Below, piece by piece: positions 1 to 10,318 of a stretch of DNA of 64,000 nucleotides. Made by a program: the position numbers and the translations under genes. The stretch comes from Bacillales bacterium UBA3789. Lineage in GTDB: Bacteria > Bacillota_I > Bacilli_A > RF39 > UBA660. The stretch covers positions 6,059 through 70,058 of the forward strand of contig DFEZ01000010.1 of assembly GCA_002369415.1 (NCBI GenBank). The letters run 5' to 3'. Every line of letters begins with the position of its first letter. Within the stretch, counting starts at the first letter, position 1. Below the pieces are notes generated by a model. It did no database searches. It had not been told where the DNA came from and saw only the letters and a list, made by a program, of their open reading frames with translations.

Positions 1-3000
1 TGGTATTTCTTTTGTAAGAGTGATCTCTTTATATACAACTTCGTATTTTGGATTAATTGAAGATTCTGCAAATCCATTTAAGAATGCATTTGTTCCTGCA
101 TCAATCTTATGAGTATTAACTCCTTCAATTACTGTAGGTTCTCCTTCATATCCTATTGCGAATGCATCTAATACGGCTTCTGATGTATATAATTGATCAT
201 TATCATTTTTATCAACGTAGATTACTATTTCTCTTCTTTCTACTGGAACTACTTCTGTAGTTTTTTCTTCTACTGGAACTAGTCCTTTTTGACCTAAATG
301 AACATCTACTTCTTCAACTATATATGGAGAGTAATCATTATCTTGATTTCTTCTTATGTAATCAGCATCTTCATCACTAATTGGATAACATACTGATCCA
401 TCTATTCTTACGTCTACTCCAGCTTCCATAATATTGAATCTTGTTAATACATTCTTTCTAACATAGATTAATCCATCATTATCTAAATCTCTAAATAATG
501 TAAATTTATCTGTTAGACCAGGTCTACTATCTAATTCATTATCATGTTCTTTTTCTCTTGTTTGTGTATCTTCTACTACTTCTTCATCTTCATTAGTATC
601 TTCTTGTTCATGTCTTAATCCTAAATGAACATTTCTAACTTCTAGATCATATGGTGCAACTTCATTATCTTTATTATCATCGATATATAATGCATTTTCT
701 TGAGTCATTCTGAAGCAAGGTGCACCATCAATAATTACGGCATCTCCTAATTCTTCAAGATTAAATCTTGCGAATACATCTTCGTTTGCATATATTTCAT
801 TATTATCTAAATCATAATAAAGTGTAACTTTACCTCTTTCTTGTAGTTTTACAAATGAGTAGTCTTCAATGTCTTCATCTTGACCCATCTTATCTGTAAT
901 TCCTCTTAGTTGTTCAGTAATTTTATTAATTAGATCTTCATTGTTACCAGTAAACTTATTGAAGTCTTTTTTATTAATATCATCAACATTCTTTTCATGT
1001 TGTTTAATTAATTGTTTTTGTTTTTCTATATCGAAATCCATTGTTACTACTTGATATGGAGATAATTCGTTATTAGCATTATTTAAAATTTTATTTAAAT
1101 CATCTTCAAGTAATTCGTAACATACTGATCCATTTATTCTTACTTCTTCTGATTGAGGAACTATATGAAATCTAGTAAATACATATTTTCTTGTATATTT
1201 CTTACCAGTATTTACATCAGTGAAGATAGTGATTCTATCGATTAGTCCTCTTCTTTCTTCATTGTTTAATGCTCCTTGATGAACCTCAAGCATATCTTCA
1301 GGTCCTTTTAGAGCTTCTTTGTTGTTATTATCTTTTGTAGTTCCATCAGGATTTGTAATCTTAACTACTGATGCTTTTTCAGCAGTTTCTTTAATTCTTT
1401 CAATTTCGTCTTTAGACATTGTTGTCTTTCTAGGTTTACGAACTTGAACTACTTTTGGATCTACACCATATAGTATTTCAATTGAATCTAATACAGATAC
1501 TTCTTCCTCTGCTTCTGCTTGATGTCTTCCAAGTTCTCTTCTTATTTCATCTCTTGCTTCATTTAATTGTCTTTGTTGTTCTTTAGTTCTTTCCTTTGCA
1601 GGAATATCAACTATTTCTCCTAATCCTTTTCTCTCTAGAATTTCTTTAATTAACTTACGTTTACGCATTACATCATTGATTTCTCTGAATTCAGTAGCAG
1701 ATAATCCTAATGCTGCAGCTTCTTTTAAGTCTCTTTCTAGAGCATTCTTTCTTCTCTTCAATGAAGCTAATTGCTTTTTATATTCATCAATTGTTCTTCT
1801 AACATAATCTGAATGAGCATTTTCTTGCATTTTTCTTGCTATATACTCATCAGTTAATCTTCTATAATCTTCATCACTTAATGGTTCATCTCCATTTAGT
1901 GCTCTATTTTGTTCAATCATAATATTTCTTAAGTTTTCATATGATTGTTCATATTCAGAAATAGCTTGTCTTAATTCTTTTTCAATTTCTCTAATTTGAT
2001 CATCCATTGATTGAATTGCTTTTCTAAATTCATCTAGATTAGATTCTCTTAATAATGAAGATTCTAGTTTTTCAGTCTTTTCTACTAATTCTCTTAATAG
2101 TCTTAATCTTTCTTTATTATCATTTACTCTATCTAGTTTTTCTCTTAATTCTACTAATTCTTGATAATCTTCTTCTGGTGTTGTTCCGTGTGGAGTTGTG
2201 TCGTCTTTCTTTTCTACATTCTTGCTTTCTTCTTCAATAACATCAATAATCTTATCTTTATCCTCTTGAGATGGTTGTTCTTGACTCATCATTCCTTCAG
2301 CTAATCTTCTGATGGCGTCAACTTTTGGATCAATTACTGCAGGAACTCGTTTTCCTTGTTGCTTTATTACTGCTGGTAATTGTCTTCCTTGAGGTTTATC
2401 TTCAACAATTACTTCATCTTGTGCGTCTTCTGCAACTTGCTCTTGTGCACTATCATCTTGTCCTTTTTTGTCAGTTGATTCTTGATCATTAATTTGTTCA
2501 GCTTGATTTTCAGATACTTGTTCTCCATTTGCTTTTTCTTCTTCTGAATGTAATTCTTTATATGCATCTTCTACTCTTTGAGCAAGCATTGCTGTTCTTG
2601 TTTGTTGTTCTTCTAATTCTCTTCTTAATCTATCATATTCTTCTTGTGGAGTACCCTTTGCTAATCCTCCAAATGTATCTCTTAATTCTTGTTCCTTATC
2701 AAGTGATTTTTGATATGCAGCTAATGCTTCTTCATATGATAAATTACCAAACATTTCTTCTTCAAATTTTGGTGTTTCTTTTTCCTTAACTGGTTTATTG
2801 TCTACAACTTCTTGTTTTTCTTCAACTACTTCTTCAGTTAATCTTTCTACTGTTATTGGAGGTAGTGTTGAAATAGTTGTATTTAATCTATCTTCTAATT
2901 CTCTTATTTTTCCATCAATTTGTCTTACAGCTTCATCATAGCCTCTAACGCTATCTTCTTTAGCGCCATCTTTTTCAATTAATAATTTCTTGCGATCTAC

Positions 3001-4329
3001 GTTTTCTTTTCTTGAATTTCTTAATTCTTCGATTTCGTCTCTTAATTCTTTGATAGTTGCAAGTGAGGCAAATACTTGATCAGCACCTTCTCTTGTGATT
3101 AATCCTTTTTCTACTGCTTCATCAAGTTTTGCAGCTATATCATCAACTGTAGATTCATCTGTTAATCCATATCTTGCATAATATGCATCAATATCCATCT
3201 TTTCTTGTTGATGTAGTTCGTTATATGCATCTTCAACTCTTTGTGCAAGTACTTCTGTTCTTGCTTGTTGATCAGCTAACTCTTTTCTTAATCTATCATA
3301 CTCTTCTTGAGGTGTTCCTTTTGGTAATCCTCCGAAGGCATCTCTTAATTCTTGTTCTTTATCAAGTGATTTTTGATATGCTTCTAATGCTTCTTCATAT
3401 GATAAGCTGCCAAACATTTCCTCTTCAAATTTTGGTGTTTCTTTTTCCTTAACTGGTTCATTTTTTACAACTTCTTGTTCTTTTGCATCTGTTTGTTCTT
3501 CAACTACTTCTTCAGTTAATCTTTCTACTGTTACTGGAGGTAGTGTTGTAATTCTACTATTTAATTCGTCTTCTAATTCTCTTATTTTTTCATCTATTTG
3601 TCTTACTGCTTCATCGTAGCCTCTTACACTTTCTGCTTTAGCTCCATCTTCTTCAACTAGTAGTTTCTTACGATCAATGTTATCTCTCTTAGCTTGTCTT
3701 AAATCTTCTATTTCGTCTCTAATTTCTCTAATTCTTGCTAAAGATTCAAATACGTTATCAGCACCTTCTCTTGTGATTAGGCTTTTTGCTACTGCTTCAT
3801 CTAATTTATCAGCAATCTCATCAACTGAAGATGCATCAGTTAATCCATATCTTTCATAGTAAGCTTCAATATCCATTGCTTCTTGTTGATGTAATTCTTT
3901 ATATGCATCTTCTACTCTTTGTGCATATACTTCAGTAGCATCTTGTTGTTCTGATAGTTTCCCTCTTAATCTATCATATTCTTCTTGTGGAGTACCTTTT
4001 TGTAATCCTCCAAATTCATCTCTTACTTCTTCTTCTATATCTAGTGACTTTTGATATACCTCTAGTGCTTCTTCGTAACTTAGTGGAGTTTTAGTTACTT
4101 TAGCAACTGTATAGTTACCATCAACATCATAAGATATATCTAAATCAGATTCATCACCAGAATAATTTCCTGATTGATTAGCTAATCCGATTATTCTTTC
4201 TCTGATATCTTCAGCTGTCATAACGTCACCACTAACTTCTATTTTTCCAGTACATACTGTTTCTTTAGAAATTTTTACAGGTACTTTCTTTCCGTCTAAT
4301 TCAATTATTTCTACTTCATTCATTCTCAT
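1..4329 (-). CDS. Giant acidic repeat/coiled-coil hypothetical protein (>=1443 aa, 3' end beyond window)
   Basis: Manual translation from ATG at 4329 (MRMNEVEIIELDGKKVPV..., RBS AGGTGGTG upstream). The segments I translated are all in one frame through to base 1 (...INPKYEVVYKEITLTKEIP). Probably absent from the ORF track because its stop lies outside the window. No signal peptide evident. Confidence 0.9.
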   Translation of the reverse strand, partial: MRMNEVEIIELDGKKVPVKISKETVCTGKIEVSGDVMTAEDIRERIIGLANQSGNYSGDESDLDISYDVDGNYTVAKVTKTPLSYEEALEVYQKSLDIEEEVRDEFGGLQKGTPQEEYDRLRGKLSEQQDATEVYAQRVEDAYKELHQQEAMDIEAYYERYGLTDASSVDEIADKLDEAVAKSLITREGADNVFESLARIREIRDEIEDLRQAKRDNIDRKKLLVEEDGAKAESVRGYDEAVRQIDEKIRELEDELNSRITTLPPVTVERLTEEVVEEQTDAKEQEVVKNEPVKEKETPKFEEEMFGSLSYEEALEAYQKSLDKEQELRDAFGGLPKGTPQEEYDRLRKELADQQARTEVLAQRVEDAYNELHQQEKMDIDAYYARYGLTDESTVDDIAAKLDEAVEKGLITREGADQVFASLATIKELRDEIEELRNSRKENVDRKKLLIEKDGAKEDSVRGYDEAVRQIDGKIRELEDRLNTTISTLPPITVERLTEEVVEEKQEVVDNKPVKEKETPKFEEEMFGNLSYEEALAAYQKSLDKEQELRDTFGGLAKGTPQEEYDRLRRELEEQQTRTAMLAQRVEDAYKELHSEEEKANGEQVSENQAEQINDQESTDKKGQDDSAQEQVAEDAQDEVIVEDKPQGRQLPAVIKQQGKRVPAVIDPKVDAIRRLAEGMMSQEQPSQEDKDKIIDVIEEESKNVEKKDDTTPHGTTPEEDYQELVELREKLDRVNDNKERLRLLRELVEKTEKLESSLLRESNLDEFRKAIQSMDDQIREIEKELRQAISEYEQSYENLRNIMIEQNRALNGDEPLSDEDYRRLTDEYIARKMQENAHSDYVRRTIDEYKKQLASLKRRKNALERDLKEAAALGLSATEFREINDVMRKRKLIKEILERKGLGEIVDIPAKERTKEQQRQLNEARDEIRRELGRHQAEAEEEVSVLDSIEILYGVDPKVVQVRKPRKTTMSKDEIERIKETAEKASVVKITNPDGTTKDNNNKEALKGPEDMLEVHQGALNNEERRGLIDRITIFTDVNTGKKYTRKYVFTRFHIVPQSEEVRINGSVCYELLEDDLNKILNNANNELSPYQVVTMDFDIEKQKQLIKQHEKNVDDINKKDFNKFTGNNEDLINKITEQLRGITDKMGQDEDIEDYSFVKLQERGKVTLYYDLDNNEIYANEDVFARFNLEELGDAVIIDGAPCFRMTQENALYIDDNKDNEVAPYDLEVRNVHLGLRHEQEDTNEDEEVVEDTQTREKEHDNELDSRPGLTDKFTLFRDLDNDGLIYVRKNVLTRFNIMEAGVDVRIDGSVCYPISDEDADYIRRNQDNDYSPYIVEEVDVHLGQKGLVPVEEKTTEVVPVERREIVIYVDKNDNDQLYTSEAVLDAFAIGYEGEPTVIEGVNTHKIDAGTNAFLNGFAESSINPKYEVVYKEITLTKEIP
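10..1242 (-). repeat. Four divergent copies of a ~70-aa domain
   Basis: Copies at about 1036-1242, 620-831, 292-510 and 10-230. Shared pattern [IL][FY]xD...Y...VxxRF...VxI[DN]GxxC[YF]...N...PY; the last copy is the most divergent. Confidence 0.75.
2548..4083 (-). repeat. Intragenic tandem repeat, about 2.3 copies of a 221-226 aa unit
   Basis: Units start with LSYEEAL at 4083, 3405 and 2742 (periods 678 and 663 nt). Shared motifs include YQKSLD, FGGLxKGTPQEEYDRL and AQRVEDAY; the two full units also share LITREGAD and TLPPxTVERLTEEVVEE. Confidence 0.92.
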
Positions 4330-4346
4330 AACTACACCACCTATAA

Positions 4347-4646
4347 TTAATTGCTACTTTCATCTATTTGAATTAGAACATCATTTACCATTTCTAATTC
4401 TTTTTCATCTGTTACATCTTCTAATTTAATTTCAGGTGCTAAAGGATCAAATGATTGAACATAAATATTTTTTCTTCCGTTTGTGGCAATGGTATTATCA
4501 GTAAATCCAACATAACTTTTCATAGTATCATCACTATCAAAAGTAAATAGAACATTGCATTCTACTTCTTTACCATCTTTAATCATTGTAATCTTTTCAC
4601 CCTCTTGGTCAAAATCCTTGATTTCAATATTCATAAGTACCTCCAC
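4347..4646 (-). CDS. DUF1292-like acidic protein
   Basis: Small acidic protein with pattern DGKEVECNVLFTFDSDDTMKSYV...LEDVTDEKELEMV, typical of DUF1292. Confidence 0.7.
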   Translation of the reverse strand: MEVLMNIEIKDFDQEGEKITMIKDGKEVECNVLFTFDSDDTMKSYVGFTDNTIATNGRKNIYVQSFDPLAPEIKLEDVTDEKELEMVNDVLIQIDESSN

Positions 4647-4715
4647 TATTTTTATACATTATTCTATATAAGTTTATCATTATACAAAAAAAAAGTCAAT
4701 TGACTTGACCTTATT

Positions 4716-5312
4716 TTAACTAGTAATTTGGATGCCTAATAAATCACCTTTTTTTATGTTTTTACCTGACTCAATTGTAATGAAATAATGTATTTCAGAT
4801 TGCTCTCCAGCAGCGAATGTTTCAGGCTCAATTATTGTGGTTTTTTGATTAACCATTAGATTGTTTTCTCCTTTTTTAGTAGTTGATACTTTAATCTTTG
4901 CATCAGTTGGATTAACTATTGCAACTACAGGAGTAACATCTATTTCACTTGTATTATTACCTCTATAATTAGTTATCTTTAAGATATATGGATCTTTTTC
5001 TTTAGATAGTTCATATAAATCAACATTTAATACTTCTTTAACTCCTTCTCTCATAATAGGAATTACTAAATCTGGATGTATATCATTCTTATGTATTTCA
5101 TGTTGTCTTATTACTAATCCTGTTAAAACTACGACTACTACTAATAGTGTTATAAATACTCCTACCATTATTTTATAAGTTCTTTTTTCTTTATCTGTTT
5201 CTTTTTTCTTAGCTTGAGCTACTTTCTTTACTGTATTAGGTTTCTTACTTTCTTTTTTTATTTTGTCCTCTTTAGTTCTCTTTGTTTTGTTTTTAATTTC
5301 TTCTTTTGCCAT
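4716..5312 (-). CDS. Membrane-anchored hypothetical protein
   Basis: Lys-rich N-terminus, one TM helix, beta-rich C-terminal domain. Confidence 0.7.
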   Translation of the reverse strand: MAKEEIKNKTKRTKEDKIKKESKKPNTVKKVAQAKKKETDKEKRTYKIMVGVFITLLVVVVVLTGLVIRQHEIHKNDIHPDLVIPIMREGVKEVLNVDLYELSKEKDPYILKITNYRGNNTSEIDVTPVVAIVNPTDAKIKVSTTKKGENNLMVNQKTTIIEPETFAAGEQSEIHYFITIESGKNIKKGDLLGIQITS

Positions 5313-5320
5313 AATTTCAC

Positions 5321-6700
5321 CTATTTACTTTCTAATCTTGTCTTAACAATATCATATAGATTATCTAATTTATTATTTTCTTCTTCTGTTAATGTAGATT
5401 TTAATACTGCAGTTGATATATCTTCTTCAATATTTGCTTTATTTGTAACAGTATATTCTAAAGTATAATCTCCTTCTATTTTACTTACTAAGTTATCAGT
5501 AATCTTTATTTGAAGATTCTTTTCATTAGAATAACTATCTTTTTTAACATCTTTATATTTAGATGAATAGTTTATATCATATTTCATTTTTTCTAATTCT
5601 ACATTACAAATAACTGATGTAGTATTTTCATCTTTTTGATAAACTAGGCTCCCTACTTTCTTACCTACTGCATTCTTTATATCTAATGTAATCTTTTTAT
5701 TAGAGAATGTAGCATCTGCAGAATATTTTACTTCATTCTTCTCAATATAATAGAAGCTTCCTTTATCTTTGTTTCCAACATATGAATATGTATATTTATC
5801 ATCACCATTTAAATGTACTATTTCATACTTTACTGGATTATTAAATAGTATTGATGTATAAATACTAATTGTAATTGTTTCTTTGTTTTTTAAATATTTC
5901 TTCTTTGTATTTAACTTAGTCTTTTTAAAGTCTTCATCTACACTAGATAGAATCTTATAAGCTTTCTCATCAGATTTTAGATCTTTTAAAATACCATTTA
6001 GTATTTCTTTTATTCTTTTATCATTTAATTCTATTGTTATTTTATTAACTTCTTGAGTAGTTAAACCTATATTAGTCTCTGTCTTATATACTTCAAAGTA
6101 TTCTTCTTTTAAATTATTCTTTAATGATTCAAACATATAATCATATAAATAATCTATATTAGTCTTTGTAGTATTTTCTTCATCTAACATTTCAAAGTAA
6201 TTAGAACTTCCTTCGTTAACATAGTTCTTTACTATACCATTAACAAGTAAATATTCTGTTGAATTATTTATATAATACTTTGTTGTTAAAATATCTTTAT
6301 TCTTTGTTTTAGAAGTTATATCAAATAAAGATGATCCATCTTTAGCGTTTTGTGCTAATAAGAATTTTGTATCTAAATCATTAAAATTATTTATTACATT
6401 TAATTTCTTAACATATTCAGGATCTGTTTTACTTTGATTAGTTACGTATTCGCTTTTAGTAGTACTTTTAAATGTACCTTCAATAGTAAAAGTATCTCCT
6501 AAGTCATATTTTGAATTTAATTCAAAGATATTTTTTCCTTGATCTTTTATCATATCTATACCAGTTGAAAAAATATAATTTGGTTTAGATATTTTATCGA
6601 AATGAATTCCTGTATAAATAAGTGCAAAAGATATGAAAATAATTGAAACTACAAATAAAATAATTACAACTCTACGCTTCATATCATCACATCCTATCAT
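5321..6700 (-). CDS. N-terminally anchored hypothetical protein
   Basis: 459-aa ORF with N-terminal TM; extended -10 (TGATATAAT) just upstream. Confidence 0.75.
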   Translation of the reverse strand: MIGCDDMKRRVVIILFVVSIIFISFALIYTGIHFDKISKPNYIFSTGIDMIKDQGKNIFELNSKYDLGDTFTIEGTFKSTTKSEYVTNQSKTDPEYVKKLNVINNFNDLDTKFLLAQNAKDGSSLFDITSKTKNKDILTTKYYINNSTEYLLVNGIVKNYVNEGSSNYFEMLDEENTTKTNIDYLYDYMFESLKNNLKEEYFEVYKTETNIGLTTQEVNKITIELNDKRIKEILNGILKDLKSDEKAYKILSSVDEDFKKTKLNTKKKYLKNKETITISIYTSILFNNPVKYEIVHLNGDDKYTYSYVGNKDKGSFYYIEKNEVKYSADATFSNKKITLDIKNAVGKKVGSLVYQKDENTTSVICNVELEKMKYDINYSSKYKDVKKDSYSNEKNLQIKITDNLVSKIEGDYTLEYTVTNKANIEEDISTAVLKSTLTEEENNKLDNLYDIVKTRLESK

Positions 6701-6743
6701 ATTAATTATATCAAAAAAGAAATAGATGTCAAACCTACTTCTT

Positions 6744-7265
6744 TTATCTAGATTCTGTTATCATTGCAAGTTTTTCATTAAATGCTACTTTCTTTGGTGT
6801 CTCAGTTTTTTCATAAGTAACTTTGATTTTCATTTGTGTTTCTTCATCGGGTTCTAGTATTTTTCCTTTAACATCAGTATATGTTATTTTTACTGGTGTT
6901 ATTGAAGTTGCATATTTATTTGAATACTCTGGACTTTCTATTATATCAATTACTTCTCCTGAGATATTTCCTGCATTTTTTATTGTTACTAAATAGATTA
7001 ATTCATCATTTGGATTATTTAGAGAAAAGTTCATGTCTAGTACTTTTCCATTTGATGTAATATTTATTCTTCCAAAAGGTTCTTTCTTACCACCTTTTAT
7101 GGAAGAGACTATTTCTACATCAGTATAAATAATATCAAATATACTTATTTCTTTTTGTTTACTTTTTAACTCAAGTGATAGGACTATAAAACCTATACCC
7201 ATACAGATAATTGTAATACATAGAACAAGTATAATACTATTTTTAATATTTAACATATTCTTCAT
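6744..7265 (-). CDS. Membrane-anchored hypothetical protein (Ig-like beta domain likely)
   Basis: N-terminal TM followed by YLVTIKNAG-type beta strands; starts 1 nt after the upstream stop. Confidence 0.7.
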   Translation of the reverse strand: MKNMLNIKNSIILVLCITIICMGIGFIVLSLELKSKQKEISIFDIIYTDVEIVSSIKGGKKEPFGRINITSNGKVLDMNFSLNNPNDELIYLVTIKNAGNISGEVIDIIESPEYSNKYATSITPVKITYTDVKGKILEPDEETQMKIKVTYEKTETPKKVAFNEKLAMITESR

Positions 7266-7266
7266 A

Positions 7267-8154
7267 CTAGCATGTCCCTTCTTTTATGTCATCTATAGAT
7301 CCATTATAGCAATATCTATAATAATTACCATTCTCATTCAATTCTATAAATGCATAAACCTTTTTATTCTTAGCATAATACCAACTGTTACTTGTAGGAT
7401 AATATTTATTACTAGAATCAGCTGATATCATTGTAATGATTAACTTATCATTATCTTTTTCTAAATTACTTATATTATTCTTAATTATATAATTTTCTAT
7501 CTTCTTATAAACATTATCAGATAAAGTTCTTGAATTTGAATTACTTAATACTACACTTGTATCAGTACTTTCTTCCTCCTTAGAAATATTATTCTTAACA
7601 TTACTTACTAATTGTTTTGAATAATAATCTAAGTTTTGAATTATTTCTGTATCTGTTTTCCCTGCAAGTCCTAAGTCATTTCTTTTACTTTCTAATGAGT
7701 TAGTTAATTCATTAACATTGTTATTTAATTTATACTTAGAACTTGAAGAGGAGAATTTATTTATAAATTCTTTATAATAATTATCATTATATCTAGTAAT
7801 AGTTATATTAGAATTATTCTTTAAATAATTATTTTCAATTAATATAGAAATAATACTATCTAATGATTTATCTAATTCTTTATTCTCTATATTTTGATTA
7901 TATAGACAAATAGAGGTTTTGTCAAAAAACAAAATATCATATATTTTATTATCTTCATTTATTACTAGACCAAAATCTACTTTATCATCTATATTTATTT
8001 CTATTAGATTTTTATATTTAGTTGTATTTATAAATTTATCACTTGAACCATAATTTGATTTATATTCTGGAATTGCTTCTTTAAATGTAAAGAATAGCAA
8101 TCCTCCTACAATTAATACTATTTCTAGTATAAATAATAATTTATTTTCATTCAT
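7267..8154 (-). CDS. Membrane protein with possible RsgI-like extracellular domain
   Basis: N-terminal TM. The segment IEINID..DFGLVINEDNKI...IISILIENNYL resembles the RsgI middle domain. Start overlaps the PBP stop (TAATG). Confidence 0.55.
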   Translation of the reverse strand: MNENKLLFILEIVLIVGGLLFFTFKEAIPEYKSNYGSSDKFINTTKYKNLIEINIDDKVDFGLVINEDNKIYDILFFDKTSICLYNQNIENKELDKSLDSIISILIENNYLKNNSNITITRYNDNYYKEFINKFSSSSSKYKLNNNVNELTNSLESKRNDLGLAGKTDTEIIQNLDYYSKQLVSNVKNNISKEEESTDTSVVLSNSNSRTLSDNVYKKIENYIIKNNISNLEKDNDKLIITMISADSSNKYYPTSNSWYYAKNKKVYAFIELNENGNYYRYCYNGSIDDIKEGTC

Positions 8155-10310
8155 TATTCTGTATGAAATTTTGGTTCAAGATTTAGAGTTATTTCCATTC
8201 CTTCAGTTATAGGGGTTTCTGGAGATATACTTTGATTAGTTACATATCCTACTCCATCTAGATTTACTTTTATGCCTAATTCTTGGAGTAATTCTTTAGC
8301 ATTCTTACTAGATAGGCCCCATACATTTGGAACTGTTATATTAGAATCATTTGTTATTAAGAAGATTGTATCATTTGATGTTATTACTTCTTTTGGTTTT
8401 GGAATTTGTTTTACTACTTTGTTTCCATTACCTATTATTATATATTTCATTCCATTTGAATCTAATGTTGTCTTTACGTTTTCTATCTTTTTATTTACTA
8501 AGCTTGGTAATTCATATTGAGTTATACTTTGTACTTGTGTATTTAAATCACCATTACCATAGTATTTTGATACGTTCTCTACTACTTCTTTTACTACGTT
8601 ACTTACTGATTTTTGACTTCCACCAGATGGTTTCTTTACTGAAGCATAGATTATTATTTGAGGATTACTCTTTGGATAAAGTCCAGCAAATGAAGATATA
8701 ATATCTTCTTGTCCTTGAAGGTATCCTCTACCATTTGATCCTGCTATTTGGGCAGTTCCAGTTTTTCCTATTAGTTCTCCACCTTCTATTCTATAACCAG
8801 ATCCAGTATTTCCCCATCCATTAACACAATCATCCATTAATGATATCATTTTTTGAACTGTGTTAGTTGATGCGACTCTTTCTATTTCAGTACGTTTGTT
8901 TTCTAATGTTATTTCTCCAGTTTCACTATCTACTATTTTTTCTACTAGATAAGGTTCTAGAATAATTCCATCATTTGTTAATGGAGTCATTGCTTTTATA
9001 TTTTGAATTGCTGTTGTAGTGATTCCTTGACCGAATCCAGCATTAAATATTTCTGTTTCATATTTAAAGTTTAATGATCCTTTAGTTTCATTTGGTAATT
9101 CTATACCAGTCTTTTTACCGAAACCTAATTTCTTATAATACTGTCTTAACATTGTACTATTCATATGACGATTAATTATATTAATAACTCCAACGTTACT
9201 ACTCATTGCATAACCTTTATCAAAAGTTATTACTCCCCATCCACTACGATTCCAGTCACCTATTTCAGTACCATCAGTTGTAGTATAGACACCTGATTTA
9301 TATGTTTCAGTACCATCATATACTCCGTTTTCCATAGCAGCCATATAAGTAAATGTTTTCATAGTACTTCCTGGTTCGTATGCAGTTTGACTTAATAAAT
9401 CCATATAGTTTGTTATATCTCTTACATTTGGATCAAAACTTGGATTAGATACTGTTCCTAAGATTGCTCCTGTTTTAGCATCAGCAACAGTTATAGTAAA
9501 CCATTCCCAGCCATAAGTCTTATTAGATGTATTTACTGCTTGCTCTAAGAAGAACTGAATATTTGAATCTATTGTTAAATAGATATCTTTTCCTTGTTCT
9601 GCATCTTTTTCAATTACTGGTGTATTTGCAATTCTATATCCTTTTAAATCCTTTTGATATGTAATAAATCCATCTTTTCCTTTTAAGACACTATCGAATT
9701 GCTTTTCAATTCCCATTTCTCCTGAAATAGTTCCAGTATCATTATCGGTCTTTGCATATCCTACTACATATGATGCAAAGTTTCCTTTTGGATAATATCT
9801 TTTATAACTCTCTATAAAATCTAATCCTGGTAGATTTAAATCTTCTATTTTCTTTTTAGTTAATTCGTTAAGACCTTTTCCAGCCGTACCAAACTCAGTT
9901 TGATAGACATTCTCCTTGCTAAGGTATTTTAATATTTGATCTTTTTCTATTCCTAAGATAGGTGCTAATTTTTCTGCAGTATCTTCCTTATTTACTACAT
10001 GTTGTGGTCTTTTAGGATTAGTTGTTCTTTTACTATCTAAGTAAGCTATTAACTTATAAGAAGCAACATTTATTGCTAGAGCATCTCCATTAGCTGAATA
10101 TATACTTCCTCTATTAGCACTTATTGTATCTGTTCTTGTAGTTCTTTTACTTGCTAGTTCTTGTAAATTTATTCCATCTATTTCTTTACTAGTTCCTAAT
10201 TGTATTACTCTTCCTATCATTAGGCAAAATAAAAGAAGAGAAAATAATATAATTCCCCCAGAGTACTTAATATTATTTTTCTTTCTCTTCTTCTTTTTCA
10301 ATTGTTTCAC
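8154..10310 (-). CDS. pbpB: Class B penicillin-binding protein with two PASTA domains (PBP2B/2X/FtsI type)
   Basis: RGSIY dimerisation motif; transpeptidase motifs EPGSTMK, SSN and KTG; C-terminal PASTA-like repeats; follows ftsL. Confidence 0.9.
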   Translation of the reverse strand: MKQLKKKKRKKNNIKYSGGIILFSLLLFCLMIGRVIQLGTSKEIDGINLQELASKRTTRTDTISANRGSIYSANGDALAINVASYKLIAYLDSKRTTNPKRPQHVVNKEDTAEKLAPILGIEKDQILKYLSKENVYQTEFGTAGKGLNELTKKKIEDLNLPGLDFIESYKRYYPKGNFASYVVGYAKTDNDTGTISGEMGIEKQFDSVLKGKDGFITYQKDLKGYRIANTPVIEKDAEQGKDIYLTIDSNIQFFLEQAVNTSNKTYGWEWFTITVADAKTGAILGTVSNPSFDPNVRDITNYMDLLSQTAYEPGSTMKTFTYMAAMENGVYDGTETYKSGVYTTTDGTEIGDWNRSGWGVITFDKGYAMSSNVGVINIINRHMNSTMLRQYYKKLGFGKKTGIELPNETKGSLNFKYETEIFNAGFGQGITTTAIQNIKAMTPLTNDGIILEPYLVEKIVDSETGEITLENKRTEIERVASTNTVQKMISLMDDCVNGWGNTGSGYRIEGGELIGKTGTAQIAGSNGRGYLQGQEDIISSFAGLYPKSNPQIIIYASVKKPSGGSQKSVSNVVKEVVENVSKYYGNGDLNTQVQSITQYELPSLVNKKIENVKTTLDSNGMKYIIIGNGNKVVKQIPKPKEVITSNDTIFLITNDSNITVPNVWGLSSKNAKELLQELGIKVNLDGVGYVTNQSISPETPITEGMEITLNLEPKFHTE

Positions 10311-10318
10311 GTCCTTGC

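Noticed and set aside
2055-3859. Four plus-strand ORFs in the track (2055, 2529, 3174, 3677), some similar to each other
   Set aside because: Antisense shadows of the giant minus-strand gene; their similarity comes from its repeats.
2548-4083. Long direct repeats as CRISPR, IS or diversity-generating retroelement repeats
   Set aside because: They are in-frame coding repeats. No spacers, terminal inverted repeats or reverse transcriptase are present.
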